DNA of 64,000 nt from Patellaria atrata CBS 101060. Its lineage: Eukaryota. The stretch spans positions 73,002-137,001 of the forward strand of contig MU006119.1 in NCBI GenBank assembly GCA_010093705.1, read 5' to 3'. How positions within the stretch are numbered: position 1 is the stretch's first letter; each line of letters begins with the position of its first letter. Position numbers and translations under genes: made by a program. The notes beneath the pieces are model-generated. The model was not told where the DNA came from, did not search any database, and saw only the letters and a list, made by a program, of their open reading frames with translations. Shown one piece after another: positions 11,745-23,926 of this stretch.

Positions 11745-12327
11745 ATGCCTGTCTACGAGATCCACCACTGTATTGACATATCAGATTCTCAGAAGGACCA
11801 ACTAGCAGAAGCTATCACCAAGCTCCATAGCTCGCGTTTCACAACCCCATCGCTCTTTGTTAACGTTCGCTTTCACGACTCATCCTCAATACCGCATTAT
11901 GTAGCAGGAAAAAGGGTATGTACACCTACCTTTCGTACCAATTTTTATCCGTAGCCCACCAGCCGGTTCGGAATCGAAGCTCACATAAACTCACATACAG
12001 AAATCGTTCAACATCATAATTGTCCATCTCCGGCCCGGTCCAGACCGGCCTCGCTCCGCGCTTGACGCTCTCACAAACTTCCTCACAGATCTCTGGAACA
12101 CCATCATGTCGCCCTCCTCCACCTCCGAGAAGCTTCACACTACTTTCCTTCTCAACACCATCGCCGGCGGTCAGGAAGCGGGTTTTCTTCTTCCTGAAGC
12201 GGGAAATGATGTTGAGTGGGTGAAGGATAACTTGGCTGAATTTGAGAAAAGAGCGGGGGAAAAAGAGGAAGATATTGCAGACTTACTAGATGAAGTGAAA
12301 AAACGCAAGGTGTTTGGTCTCGGATGA
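11745..12327 (+). CDS. Tautomerase-superfamily protein (cis-CaaD/4-OT-like); 2 exons (11745-11915, 12001-12327)
   Basis: Starts M-P (catalytic Pro-1), QKDQLAEAITKLH...TPSLFVNVRF...YVAG, later EAGFLLPEAGND..W..DN..EF; intron GTATGT..CTCAC..CAG joins the frames. Confidence 0.85.
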
Positions 12328-12720
12328 GAAAGGAAGGGAGGTATGGCATCTACAAATATTGTGAGGAGGTATGAAGACGACTATCTAGGATACGAGGGGG
12401 ATGGAATGGGCTTGGATATTGAATAGGGGCCAAAGAGAAGATTATAATGATGTATACTAATACCAAGTGGTGTATTGACCATGGACTGGCTACTGAGAAC
12501 ATTTCTTCATCAGACATTACTCTCTTGAGTAGGAGGAACAGAATCATTATTGTTGAAGGTGTTGAAGTACTCACATATCGCACAAAGGAAAGAATGATTT
12601 ACAACTAGCATACATTGCAGGCGGCTTAGATCGGAAAAGTGCGGTATAGAGTTATTTCCCGAATAGCTTTACCGAAACTGGGGACATGGACATCAGTGTT
12701 TCCACAACTGCCAAACCAAC

Positions 12721-12858
12721 GGTCGGTTAGCTCAGTTGGTTAGAGCGTAAGTTAAATTGTCCATCCCACATATTATAACGTCTAACATATCACCAGGTGG
12801 TGCTAATATCAATTGATATGATACGCCAAGGTCGCGAGTTCGACCCTCGTACTGACCA
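12721..12858 (+). tRNA. tRNA-Ile(AAU) with two introns: 50-nt spliceosomal-type (12747-12796) and 14-nt canonical (12809-12822)
   Basis: Removing both gives a 74-nt cloverleaf: acceptor GGTCGGT/ACTGACC, D-arm GCTC/GAGC, anticodon stem TGGTG/CGCCA with AAT at 12805-12807, T-arm GCGAG-TTCGACC-CTCGT; T-runs downstream from 12864. Confidence 0.9.
12747..12796 (+). other. Spliceosomal-type (U2) intron inside a tRNA gene
   Basis: GTAAGT donor at 12747, CTAAC branch site 12782-12786, CAG acceptor 12794-12796; absent from the paralog at 13853-13940. Confidence 0.85.
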
Positions 12859-13852
12859 TTCACTTTTGCACTTTTATTTTTAACTTTAGGCGACTAAGTA
12901 TATTATAATGTTGTCGGCGCTCTACTATTTTGCTCTCTAGGTGTACCTATCAGAAATTTAGAGCTCACTAAGTATAGTTATATTTTTGAGATGCTATTTA
13001 TTCTAGCTTAGCTATAGGGAACACGGTCCCGTTAGAAACAAGGTAATTATAGCACCTGTCTTCTTTCTTATATGTTCACAAGTCTATCCCTTCCACTCAT
13101 GTAGACATTAACATCTGTAAACGACCATGTTCCATCTCTCCCCACCTAAGGAAGTATGCAGGATACCGACAGCGCTTAATCTAGGTTGAGGCAGAAGGAC
13201 CTTCAATCTTGTGAATGCACATGTAAATTCGAACTCTGGAAGGCCGCATCGCGAGATAGATACTGGCGAATAAGATACTGTAGGGATCCGAAATGCTCTT
13301 GTATGATGCTAACTCAAACCGAGTAGTTTGATGAACTATGCCTCTATGATCGTTAGGGAAACCTTTTTTTTAAGACATAATTGGCTTCCACTATAATTTG
13401 AAAGATAACATGAGTCAAATTGCTGTGATTTGAGTGACTTCTTGAATGACTATAGCTTAGAAACCCAGAAAACGTAAGTACCTTAACTGTATAAAAAAGT
13501 ACCCGGTATCTAGTCTAACTCATAGATGGAAATAATGTAAACTTGAAACGGATATTGAAGGACTGGAAAAAGAAGCTGGTAAGCAAATTATAAATAACTA
13601 CGATAGTGCTACCCGACCCGGGTTTCTTTATTACCTTAGTATATAGACTATTAAGGCGATGGACAAGCTTTCTAAGGAGTACTTTCAGATTCCGATAGCG
13701 TTATGATCGATCGATTATTAGGGTGAAAATTTATAATTTTCACTCTTACCTTATGTACTGATGAAAAGGGGTGTTTATACTTAAGAGTAAAAAGAAACTG
13801 AGAACAAAAAGTTAAGCACAAGAAAATGGGCAAAAAGAAAATTTGAGGATTA

Positions 13853-13940
13853 TGGTCAATACGAGGGTCGAACTCGCGACCTTGGCGTATCATATCTACT
13901 GATATTAGCACCACGCTCTAACCAACTGAGCTAATCGACC
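13853..13940 (-). tRNA. tRNA-Ile(AAU) with canonical 14-nt intron
   Basis: Reverse complement GGTCGATTAGCTCAGTTGGTTAGAGCGTGGTGCTAATA-tcagtagatatgat-ACGCCAAGGTCGCGAGTTCGACCCTCGTATTGACCA; intact A/B boxes; downstream T-runs. Confidence 0.96.
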
Positions 13941-14220
13941 GATGATTATAATAACTTAGCAAATCTAAATACTTAACGAGCGCAAAATATTATGCATTGC
14001 AGCCCCTTCAAACTACTAGCTAAGGCGCTAGTCTTGGAGCTATAAGGTAAGCTACCTTAGCTTGAGCTAAGGCGACCTTCAACATCCCTGCTCCAACCTC
14101 GAGCCTTGGCAAAAACTTTCTCGAGAGAACGATCTTGGACGATTGACGTGCAGGGAATAGTTACAGTATGTGCACGCAAAAGAGAGTCTCCAACTAAGTG
14201 ATCAGTTATCGGCGACCACT

Positions 14221-16685
14221 ATGGCCAGGAAGAAAAGATCATCTCGATCCGATATTTCTGCTACAAGTGCCGCCGAGTCATCATCGAGTCCTATGCCGCC
14301 CATAGTCACATCGAAAGCTTTAGACCCGCCTGTCTCTGGCAAGACATTCCAAAATACGACCAAGACACCACCTTCCACTTCGGCACTGATAATATGTCGC
14401 AACAAGTAGGTATTTATCGAGGCATGTCTTTGATATCATTACTCATTACCTGCACTCTTCGCACTTCTGTCAACTTGCGAACTCTATATTAACAGACTCC
14501 GGTTTCTAGACACTGGCGTTACATATCTTCGTTCCATGGACCTTGGCTACAACTACCACCGGAAGTTCTCGAAAGTCTTGCCCATAGCAATTACATATCC
14601 CCGCGACCACATCCCATAGACCCTGCTGTCTTCTATGACCTTGTCAAGATTCGTAAAGCTGTAGATGAAGCGACGAACCTGGCTGTACGCGCTACCAGTG
14701 GCCTTACCTCTGCAGCTCTAAGCAACTCCCTCAATGCAGGAAACGGCATACTTGGAGGTGCTGCAGCCCTGGGATTAGGGTATGGTGGAGGTGGGGGCAA
14801 TGCGAAATTGAGTAGAGAACGTAAACATAGGATGCGAGAACTGGCGACGCAAAAGTTATCCCAAGCATACCATCTCGATGAAATAGCTGCGAGTGTGGCA
14901 ACAATGCAGTCAGCGTCAACTTTAGAGGATGTTGCACAATATGTGCTAGAACGGAGTAGTGCAGATAGTGATGCGAAATACGTTCATTTTTTTCATGAAA
15001 AGATTCCAAGCAGGATGATGGCGCAGAATACACCCTTGGATCCACTGAACGAAATAATAGCTGAACGACCCACTGATGGAGCTCCGCTCAGGACAAGAGC
15101 CCTCACCAGAATGTTCAAGAACGATTATGCTAATGCCGCAAAAGACTTAACGGAGAGCCTGGCGGTTTGTCGATATTGGATGGCGCAGCACAAAGCAGGC
15201 AAGAATCAACTGGTACTTGCCAGGACAGTAAAGGGGGAAGTGGAGAAAAGGAGTTTCGGCAGAGACTGGAGGCAAGAAGTCAAGCTAGAGGAGGAAGATC
15301 AGCCAAGCAGTTTGGAGGCCCAATTATTGTTCCATCGGGCTGGTACGTATTTCGCCATCGCCTGTCAGCATATTCACTCTGCATTGGACGGATTGGAGAA
15401 GGCAGGAGGACCTGGACTGAATGGAGAGAATAATATCGTGTCTGGGGGTGACAGTCTGAAGACGCCACAATTAAGTGCCGAAGAGATAGAGGCTCATCAG
15501 AGACGGCTTGAAGAGCGAAAGATTGTCAAAACGAATGCAAAGAGGGCTATTCGAGATTACATTTCCTTCCTCTCTCATTTTGACTACACATCGGGCTTTC
15601 CGACCGAACTCGCGGAAGAATTCCTCCGCCGCGCAAATGTTGCCGCCAATGGTTCTGAAGAGACTCATCATATCTCTTCGCCTGTGCTTGGATCTTCTTC
15701 TCAGTCAAATGGTAGTTTATCAGATGCATTAGTCCCACACAGGGAACACCACCAGGAAAGACGTTCTGCGCCCAACTGGGCACAACTTCCACCTCCGCAG
15801 ATATACCAGCTCTCTTCGCTTTTCTCACCGAACCCTCCCCCTAACCTACCACCTTATCCTTCAGACTCAACTACCTTATATAAAACTGCGCCACAGTCTC
15901 AGTCCAATTCGCCGTCTGCGACAACCATGTTTGCCGACCCTCATGAAGCGATCACATATCATCCTCTTTTGACAGATGCTTTACATTCTCTACTTTTGTG
16001 CCATGCGCTTCTGCAGACATCTCCCAAGGAACTTCTTCGCCACGCCCACAATGCAGCTCGCCTCGCTCGGGTTTGTGACGGTTACCCAATTTTCCTTGCC
16101 GCTCGGTCGCCTAGTCGTAGCGACTGGATGGAAGTACTTCGAAGAGCGCACAATTGGATCGGCTTGTCCCAATCGTGGGAACAATTGTGTAAGCCTGCTC
16201 CGTTACCAGGTCAGAAAGAAGGAGCGGAGAGGACTGAAACAGAAGAACAAAAGAGGGAAAGGATGAAACATGAAGCGATCCTTGAAGCTCTAGCTGATGA
16301 TCGTGTTGTGGATGAAGAGAGTTTCCAGAAGGCTGTAAGAGCTAGAGAGAGAAGAGCAATGGAAGATGAAGAAGAAAGTAGAAACGCTAGCAGAAGTCCT
16401 AGGACTGACTCAGCCTCCCTTAACGGTAATCATACCAATGGAAACAGTAGTCCAGCAGATAGAGATCCGCCGCGAAGATGGGCTCAGGAAGATGGGAAAG
16501 AGTACCCAATATCTACAGAACGAGCGGAAGCGATTGCAAGATGGGTTAAGGAAGCGCCTTTGGTCATGGAAGGCGTCAAGAGAAAGGGTAAGAAAGGTGT
16601 GAAGGGAAAGAAGAAAGCAGGTTTAGAAGAAAGTGTAGACACATTCAGCGTTGAAGACCTAGGAGAAGTAGAGGAGCTTGATTAG
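14221..16685 (+). CDS. Conserved fungal hypothetical protein with TPR-like helices; 2 exons (14221-14405, 14510-16685)
   Basis: Intron 14406-14509 joins ICRNK|HWRYISSFHGPWLQLPPE to a long ORF; TPR-like segment LRTRALTRMFKNDYANAAKDL. Confidence 0.85.
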
Positions 16686-17023
16686 CAGGTTGTAAGACTA
16701 GGGGTGTCCATATATTAGAGAACACGATTTGAGTACTATGATGAGCGATCGATCAGAGTTCACGGCATTTGTCCTAGTGGACATGGTGTGGTAAAGAAAG
16801 CAGTAGGCACATGTATAGCATAATTTCTTGTATTCCAGGACTAGATAGTACGTATGTCTTAATACTGACTGCTCCGTGCATGGGTAAAGGGTACCTTTGT
16901 ACCGTAAAGGGGCTGTCAGGGGTTAGGGCATCGTACTTCCACTTCCGGGGAGATGCCGACACCAAAACTTTTTGAGCCAGCGCTCTCCAACACTGAGCAT
17001 CTTAAACCTTATTAGAACTACCA

Positions 17024-18884
17024 ATGTGTGGCATCTTCTTTTCTCTCAGTTCTTCCGATTTTATTGTCCCCAGTCCTCAAACCTTGAGACGACTACAGAG
17101 TAGAGGCCCCGATTCAACGCGTGAACATCGTGTTGAAATCCAAACTTTAGGCTTTACCCAGTCAGGGACCTTTTACCTATGCTTCGTGTCCACTGTTCTC
17201 TCCCTTCGAGGTGAGAATATCGTAGCTCAACCTCTGGTTGATGACGCTACAGGCTCTGTTCTCTGTTGGAATGGAGAGGCGTGGAAGGTAAATGGGAGCC
17301 CCATCGATGGAAATGATTCCAAGGCCGTCTTTGATCTTCTGCTCCAAGTATCCGCCACAACGAAGGCTCTATCACCAGATGGTAACTCTGGACCTGCCTC
17401 TAAAAATATTCTCGATGCTATTTCCAGCATAGCCGGACCTTATGCTTTTGTCTTTTATGATGCTCCCTTCAGAAGGATACTCTATGGTAGAGATTGCCTT
17501 GGGAGACGATCCTTGCTCTTCAGAGCTGACAGGACAGACGAAATCACTCTCTGTAGCATTGCTGATATTCCTACTACTAGAGGGTCATGGCATGAAGTTG
17601 AAGCAGATGGACTTTACGTATTAGGTTTGAATGATACTCAACTGTCCTACAGATTCGAAGATCAGAAAAACCCACGGTCAATATGTCCATGTCATGTGCC
17701 TTATCGTTCCTCGCCTTCGCGAGATGGGTCAAAACTCGAACTGGTTCGTCTCATCTGTACCTCGCTCCAGCCTTGTGATAGTCTCACACTCATTCTAGAC
17801 GCTACCATTCGGACCATTGAACAAGATTACCAGTGGAAAGATACTTAATTTAAATACAGATTCGCCCGCTATTTCTGCGCTATGCCATCATCTACGAGAG
17901 TCACTAGCTGATCGCATTTACAATGTGCAGCCTATTTCTAACAACTCAACTGATCCACTAACTCAATCTCACCCAAAAATAGCAATTCTGTTCTCGGGAG
18001 GACTTGATTGTACAATATTAGCTCGCATATCGCACGATTTATTACCCACGGAAGAAATTATCGATCTCCTCAACGTGGCTTTCGAAAATCCTCGAATACA
18101 CAGTAAAAGGATGCAGGACACTGTAAGCTCATGTATTTATGAACTTTGCCCAGATAGAGCTACGGGGCGAGCATCGTTTGAAGAGTTGCGAAAGGTCTGT
18201 CCGCAAAGAAAGTGGCGCTTTGTTGAGATCAACGTTGCTTATGAGGAAACTCTTGCGCACCGTCAACAGGTGATTGAGCTAATGCACCCTCATAACACGG
18301 AGATGGATCTTTCTATTGCCCTCGCTCTCTACTTTGCTTCGAGAGGCAGAGGAATCCTTGAAGGTACTTCCTACGAAACACCCGCCCGTGTACTCCTTTC
18401 AGGGCTTGGAGCAGACGAGCTCTTTGGCGGATACCAACGCCATGCTACTGCATTTGCTCGTAGTGGCTACACAGGCTTGATCGATGAAATTGAACTCGAC
18501 ATCAACCGATTAGGAAAGCGTAACCTTGGACGTGATGATCGAGTTATATCTCACTGGGGCAAGGAAGTTAGGTTCCCATACCTGGCTGAAAAACTGCTCT
18601 CCTGGGCTCTTTCTATACCTGTTTGGGAGAAATGTGATTTTGCAGATTCAGATCTTCAAGGGAGCGGTTCTAATACTGGAGTAGAAGCTGGAAAGAGGAT
18701 TCTACGCTTATTAGCAGTGAAGTTGAACATGGTTCAGGTCGCAAAAGAAAAGAAACGAGCGGTTAGTGACCCATGAATTTTTAGTTTTACAATAATTCCT
18801 GACTGCTGCATTCAGATTCAATTCGGTGCTAGGACGGCAAAAATGCAAATAGGGAAGACAAGGGGCTCCCAACCCATATGTTAA
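17024..18884 (+). CDS. Asparagine synthetase domain-containing protein (ASNSD1/YML096W-like); 3 exons (17024-17743, 17799-18761, 18816-18884)
   Basis: Ntn amidotransferase start MCGIF, RGPDS, WNGE, GRDCLGRRSL; PP-loop LFSGGLDC; SGLGADELFGGY; RNLGRDDR; KKRA|IQFGARTAKM. Confidence 0.93.
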
Positions 18885-19735
18885 AATTGTAGGTTTTCGC
18901 CGTTTCTTTGCAAATATCGATGAGATGTCCCATGGCTATGATGACTGGGACCTCGGTCCCAGCAGATACTTGGTAGAGCAGATTATCAGGTCATACGTAC
19001 ACCAACTTATGCTTGTTCTGCGTTTTCGAGGGACTAACACCTCGTTAACCGCTCAACGTAACTTGTGTTACGCAAGTAGATTCTATATCTGTGGCCTCTA
19101 AAAGGGAAGTCTGAGCCACATCCTTCGAATTTTTACCTTAGTTTCCAAATTCCTCGCAAGTAGTGCTGACGATTAACTTTGATCTAGAAGGATTACTCCG
19201 GGAGACTACCTACGTCTGCTTGTTTCTAGGTTCGGAACTATCCAGTCGAACTTGATCTTCTTCACTTTCTCGGTGTATTCTCCTTTGTACCGGCCGCGCC
19301 ATCAAAGACCTTTGCAATTGTTAGGGGATATCATCTACTTTGAATACTGCGATAACCTGAGTCCTGTATGCTCTGATTTCTGTCCGTCTGCGATTCCCGT
19401 CCTTCTCGGCTTCAGGGCCGGGATCATCTTGTGTGTCGGATGTGTAGCACCCTAGCGAAATTAATTGAAACATGGCTCGAGCATCCAGTTCAAGGCCTCA
19501 AAGGCTAATTCGTACATGTTCTATGGGATTTCCGTGGGATACATGCTTCAATTCTAAGTCTGATCAATACTACATTTGAGTTATGAACATATTGAGTTAG
19601 TTATCGGCAAGGACGTTATATAATCAAGTACAACCTTTTTTTTCCAAGTATCCATGAGGACTATATGGAGGCTCTTGGCGCAGGACTGTATTTTTTGTAA
19701 ACGTCTCGAGAAAGACGTCCGTATCTTCGCCCTTT

Positions 19736-19835
19736 NNNNNNNNNNNNNNNNNNNNNNNNNNNNNNNNNNNNNNNNNNNNNNNNNNNNNNNNNNNNNNNNN
19801 NNNNNNNNNNNNNNNNNNNNNNNNNNNNNNNNNNN
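19736..19835. other. Assembly gap (100 N)
   Basis: Run of N. Confidence 1.
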
Positions 19836-20520
19836 TATTTGATCTGTTTTGCAATATGAAAGAAAATCTCTTCCCTCCATCCTGCAGTTATATCTTATAC
19901 CAGTTTTAGCCATACATATTTCCTTATTTTACTAGGGCTTATAGCCCTATTGTATTTCCCTCTCCTGCCTTGCAGTTGAGTTTTTGGTCTGTTGTGGGTT
20001 GTATCTGGTGGGGTTTTAGTTGCAAGAAAGTGATCTTGGCACGGTGAAAACTCTGCCAATCTGGCTAAGCAGTGTGCGAAGTTTTCTTCAGCGCCCACTA
20101 TCAACAGCGCAATGCTGTATACCAGTATTGGACATGATCCTGATAAGCAGCTTGATCTAGAGATCAAAATGATACCAAAACCAACCCCCATATAACAATA
20201 TAGGTGGGATCATGATTTTGATGTTGCTTTTTCAAGTACAACCTATTTGTACCAAAGTACCCAAATTCCTGCCCCGCTCCCCTTTACTACCGTAGCCCTC
20301 CCTCACCTGAACAAGAAATTTTCAGTTCTCTCAATATCTAATCATCACTAAGAAATCGATGAATCTACTTGACTGGCCTCTGTTGCATATACGGTTGTTC
20401 ACACCGCGGCTTTCTACGCTTTATAGTATGTTACAGCCATCAGCTTGATGGATTTACGTCTTATTCCAATCAGGTAGCTTGACCGTACGACGTCTGTCTA
20501 ACGCCTATTAAAGTCCCTAA

Positions 20521-22520
20521 ATGGCCTCAATATAAAAGATGGGGCACACTGAACTCGAAGAGGATACACGGTCGATACGCTTACTGCGTTTGAAAGCCAC
20601 GACAGACCTTCTTAACTGATTGTCCCGAAACTCAAGGGAATATCTACTGCGAACTGAAAATTAGCAGATCATCCGCCCAACCACCTTACATTGTTCTCTC
20701 GTATACATGGGGAGATCCAAATGTCACTGAGAATAAATATCTAGATTCCAAAGAGCTACACGTGACCACTAAGCTTAGATTAGTTTTATCTCATCTCCGG
20801 CAAGATGAAGGAGATCTACTTTTGTGGATTGACGCTCTCTGTATCAATCAAAAGGATGTAAGAGAAAAGACTTCGCAAGTCGCTATGATGAGAGAGATAT
20901 ATTCTGAAGCAACAAAAGTAGTGGGATAGTTAGGAGAGGAGTTGCCTGGTACAATGAACGCCGTCATGATGATCAAGAACATTGGCACCTGGATGTGTCA
21001 AGAAGGAATCTTTGGTGCAATAATGGCGATGTGGGGTTCATGTGGCGGCGAAGAGATAGATGAGAAGATGTTTTCTAAGCTAAAGGCGAAGGGCAAGCAG
21101 TTTGAAGATTATATGTTACCACTTCAGGCATACCAGGAGCTCTAATCCCGAGATTACTGGCAACGAGCGTGGATACGACAGAAATTTTCCAGGGCTGAGA
21201 CCGTAGAAATTCTTATTGGCCATCTTAATATCTCGTTCGAGCATCTCCATGCGACTATCTTGTTCCTAACTCGGTTCCAAGTAGACCACATCAACTACTT
21301 TAGTAGAAGGTTCTGAGCACGGATGGAGCACCCGAACGGATCAGGAATTACATCAAGATGCTTATATTCCCTTCATAGCTTCTCGTTGCAGATTTGTGCA
21401 GGCTATTCCAACCATATTCGAATTCTGGCTGGCGTGATTCATTGTACAAACACTTGGCCGTTGCTTTCGTACCATCGCCGCGTAATCGGGCCATAGCAGC
21501 CACAGATCCACGAGATCGGATATGCTCTATACTAGAACTTGCCTCTGACGTTGCCGAACTACAGATCGAACCAAATTATTCTCTGTCCTGTACCGAAACA
21601 TATATAACAGGAGCTTTTAAAATAATGCACCAAGGGCATCTAGACTTGATGGTCTACTGCCAGAATCTCGAGCCGGATAAGAGCATAGGTAAAGAACTTA
21701 GGCCTGATTACACGAAGGAGTATTTACCAAATCTGTCGTTATGGGTTCTTGACCGGCTGCTTCCAATGCGATGCCCTTGTGGTGGATACCCTTTCGAGTC
21801 GAGTTTTAAGGTCTCGGGCCCAATTGCTCTAATGTCAGTAGCGCCTTTAACCTTAATAGAAATGGAACTCTCTGTGTAAAAGGTTATTTTATCGACGAAA
21901 TCAGTGAGCTTGGCAGCTCCTGGACAGGACCAAGGGATGGGAAACCGGACATATTGAAAGCACGGATTTTCTTCCAGAGATCAGGGGCTTTTGTAGAAGT
22001 CGGAAACCACGAGCGCAGGAATTGATGCAACGAAAGGAGATGCTGAAACTGCTAAGTACCGTTTGCCCATAGCAGACCAAACGATAAATATACAGGGGGG
22101 AATTATTAACCGAGCCACACCGGATATCTGGAATCCGGGGTACGAGTTTCTGAGATGTGTCAGTGAAGGAGAGCAAAAACCGTTGGATTATCATGCCAGT
22201 TTACATTATGTGACTATGATAGGGTACCTTCATTCTTGGAGACCATTCCTCTTGTCTAAAGGCTACGTAGGTCTCGGTCCCGATCGATTGGAATTAGGAG
22301 ATGTGGTTTGTATCTTTGCCGGTGCGAAATTTCCATATGTCTGAGAGCTCAGAGTGGCGGGAAGCATGTTTTGGTTGGTGGTAAGTGAGAACGCTGCAAA
22401 GTTTAATACATTGCGTATACAGAAAACTTACCTGAAAATAAGAAGCATACGTCCCACGAGATAATGTACGGGGAGTACCTACGCACAAATCGAGAGATGC
22501 GAACATTCGAAATTAGGTTA
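20521..22520 (+). pseudogene. HET-domain (het-6-like) heterokaryon incompatibility pseudogene
   Basis: IRLLRL, YIVLSYTWGDP, LWIDALCINQKD..EK..QV..M..IY, YWQRAWIRQ, ATDPRDR, GYVGLGP...GDVV...G...P; in-frame stops at 20927 (TAG) and 21143 (TAA) plus frameshifts. Confidence 0.88.
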
Positions 22521-23926
22521 ACGGAGCCTATATAGAGAATCCATTTGTAACGGTACTTTTATATGCACCTTCACAACACAGGAGAGGAACAACTAACAAG
22601 GAACAGTTAGGTTATATCCAGATAAAGAATATGCATTTCCACCCTATATATACCCATGCAAGCTACTGTAGGGTTTGCGTCTATTCTTAACACCCCAAAG
22701 AATATACTCACCCGATAAATATATTCAACGAAGTGGTTAAGGAGCTCTTCATCTTGAGACTAGTTTATTGCTGTCATGTAAACCTCATTCTGTAGGTATA
22801 CGGTAATAATAGGGCTTTCTATTTGATCCCGCCTTTTGGTTACTTTCCTCGCTCATCTTTGGGTCTTCCTACGTACACGTAGAATCAATCCTTAAGTTTG
22901 CGGTACGGCTTCTTTGAAAATGTTGTCCGAAGTAGATAGAATACGTCTTGTCCTTCTAGAACAAAACATGTTGTTGATTTCTTCAATTTTCTTCAATTCA
23001 TGTGAGCACTGGCATCGTTCCATCTCACCAACGATCTCTATAGTACTCTCTTCGCTCTTTAACTCCTCATAGTGAATAATGTGTAGGTATGTTCAATGCA
23101 AGCATCGCAAATACCACTGTCATACCACTCACGGAGATGCGCTCTAAAGGTATTCTGGAAAGTAGCACGAGCAAGGTCAACCGTAACACGATCTTCCATA
23201 GTATGAGATATTTGTGCTGCGGATTGCGCATCTTGGGCTTGGGCCTTTGCTGCTTTGTTAAAGTACTATTCTCTTTCTAGCCTTGTCCATCGCCAGAGTT
23301 GTACGCTTAATAAAAAGACGCTGAAAGGTCAGACCGATCCATTTCCTGTACCGTGGAGGTGGACTGAAGAAAAATTCCTTACACACATGGAAGATTGGAG
23401 TAAAAGTTTAGCACCAGCGTACAATTCAGACCGCAACAACTTAAAAGAAAATTAGCGTATGGGTTCACTGAATTATCGAAATCATATAATAAATTGGATT
23501 GTCAAAGTCCTCAGTATTTGGGTAGAGACTGCTGGTGACACTGGAAAATGCAGGTATCCGAGACGTTGCACTAATCACTAACTCATCGTTGGTAATACCG
23601 TGATATTTGAAAAGTTCGCCGCTCCAAAAGGATATTCGGGCTTATAGAACGGGTTGTTGGATCTCGCAGGGGGACTTCGGGCATCAAACCGAGATATTAC
23701 GGCTATCATACTTTGGCCATGTGACTTGATAGTGCAAGGAAAGATCCTTCTCGGTCAATATCCTTATTTCTACGCTCTTATAAGAAGTGGTACCGGTACG
23801 CGAGTATTCCAATCCATCTTTCCTCAACTCACATTTGCCCATAACATCTTATTACCATCGTCGGACTTCGTACTCCAGAATTCAAACTCGTCGAAAAGTC
23901 TCAAGAAACACCTTTGAGGAATCACC

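Noticed and set aside
12747..12796. TE footprint or BHB-type non-canonical tRNA intron
   Set aside because: No TIRs and only a GT dinucleotide repeat at the junctions; no bulge-helix-bulge pairing seen, whereas all three U2-type signals are present
13672..13914. 80-aa ORF in the track
   Set aside because: Overlaps the tRNA-Ile gene and its terminator
14055..14072. CCTTAGCT-TG-AGCTAAGG inverted repeat upstream of the 14221 gene
   Set aside because: An 8-bp stem can arise by chance in 64 kb; no other support
14221..16685. Histidine kinase label sometimes attached to similar fungal proteins
   Set aside because: No H-box or HATPase N/G1/F/G2 motifs visible
19581..19913. ORFs spanning the N run
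   Set aside because: Artefacts of the assembly gap
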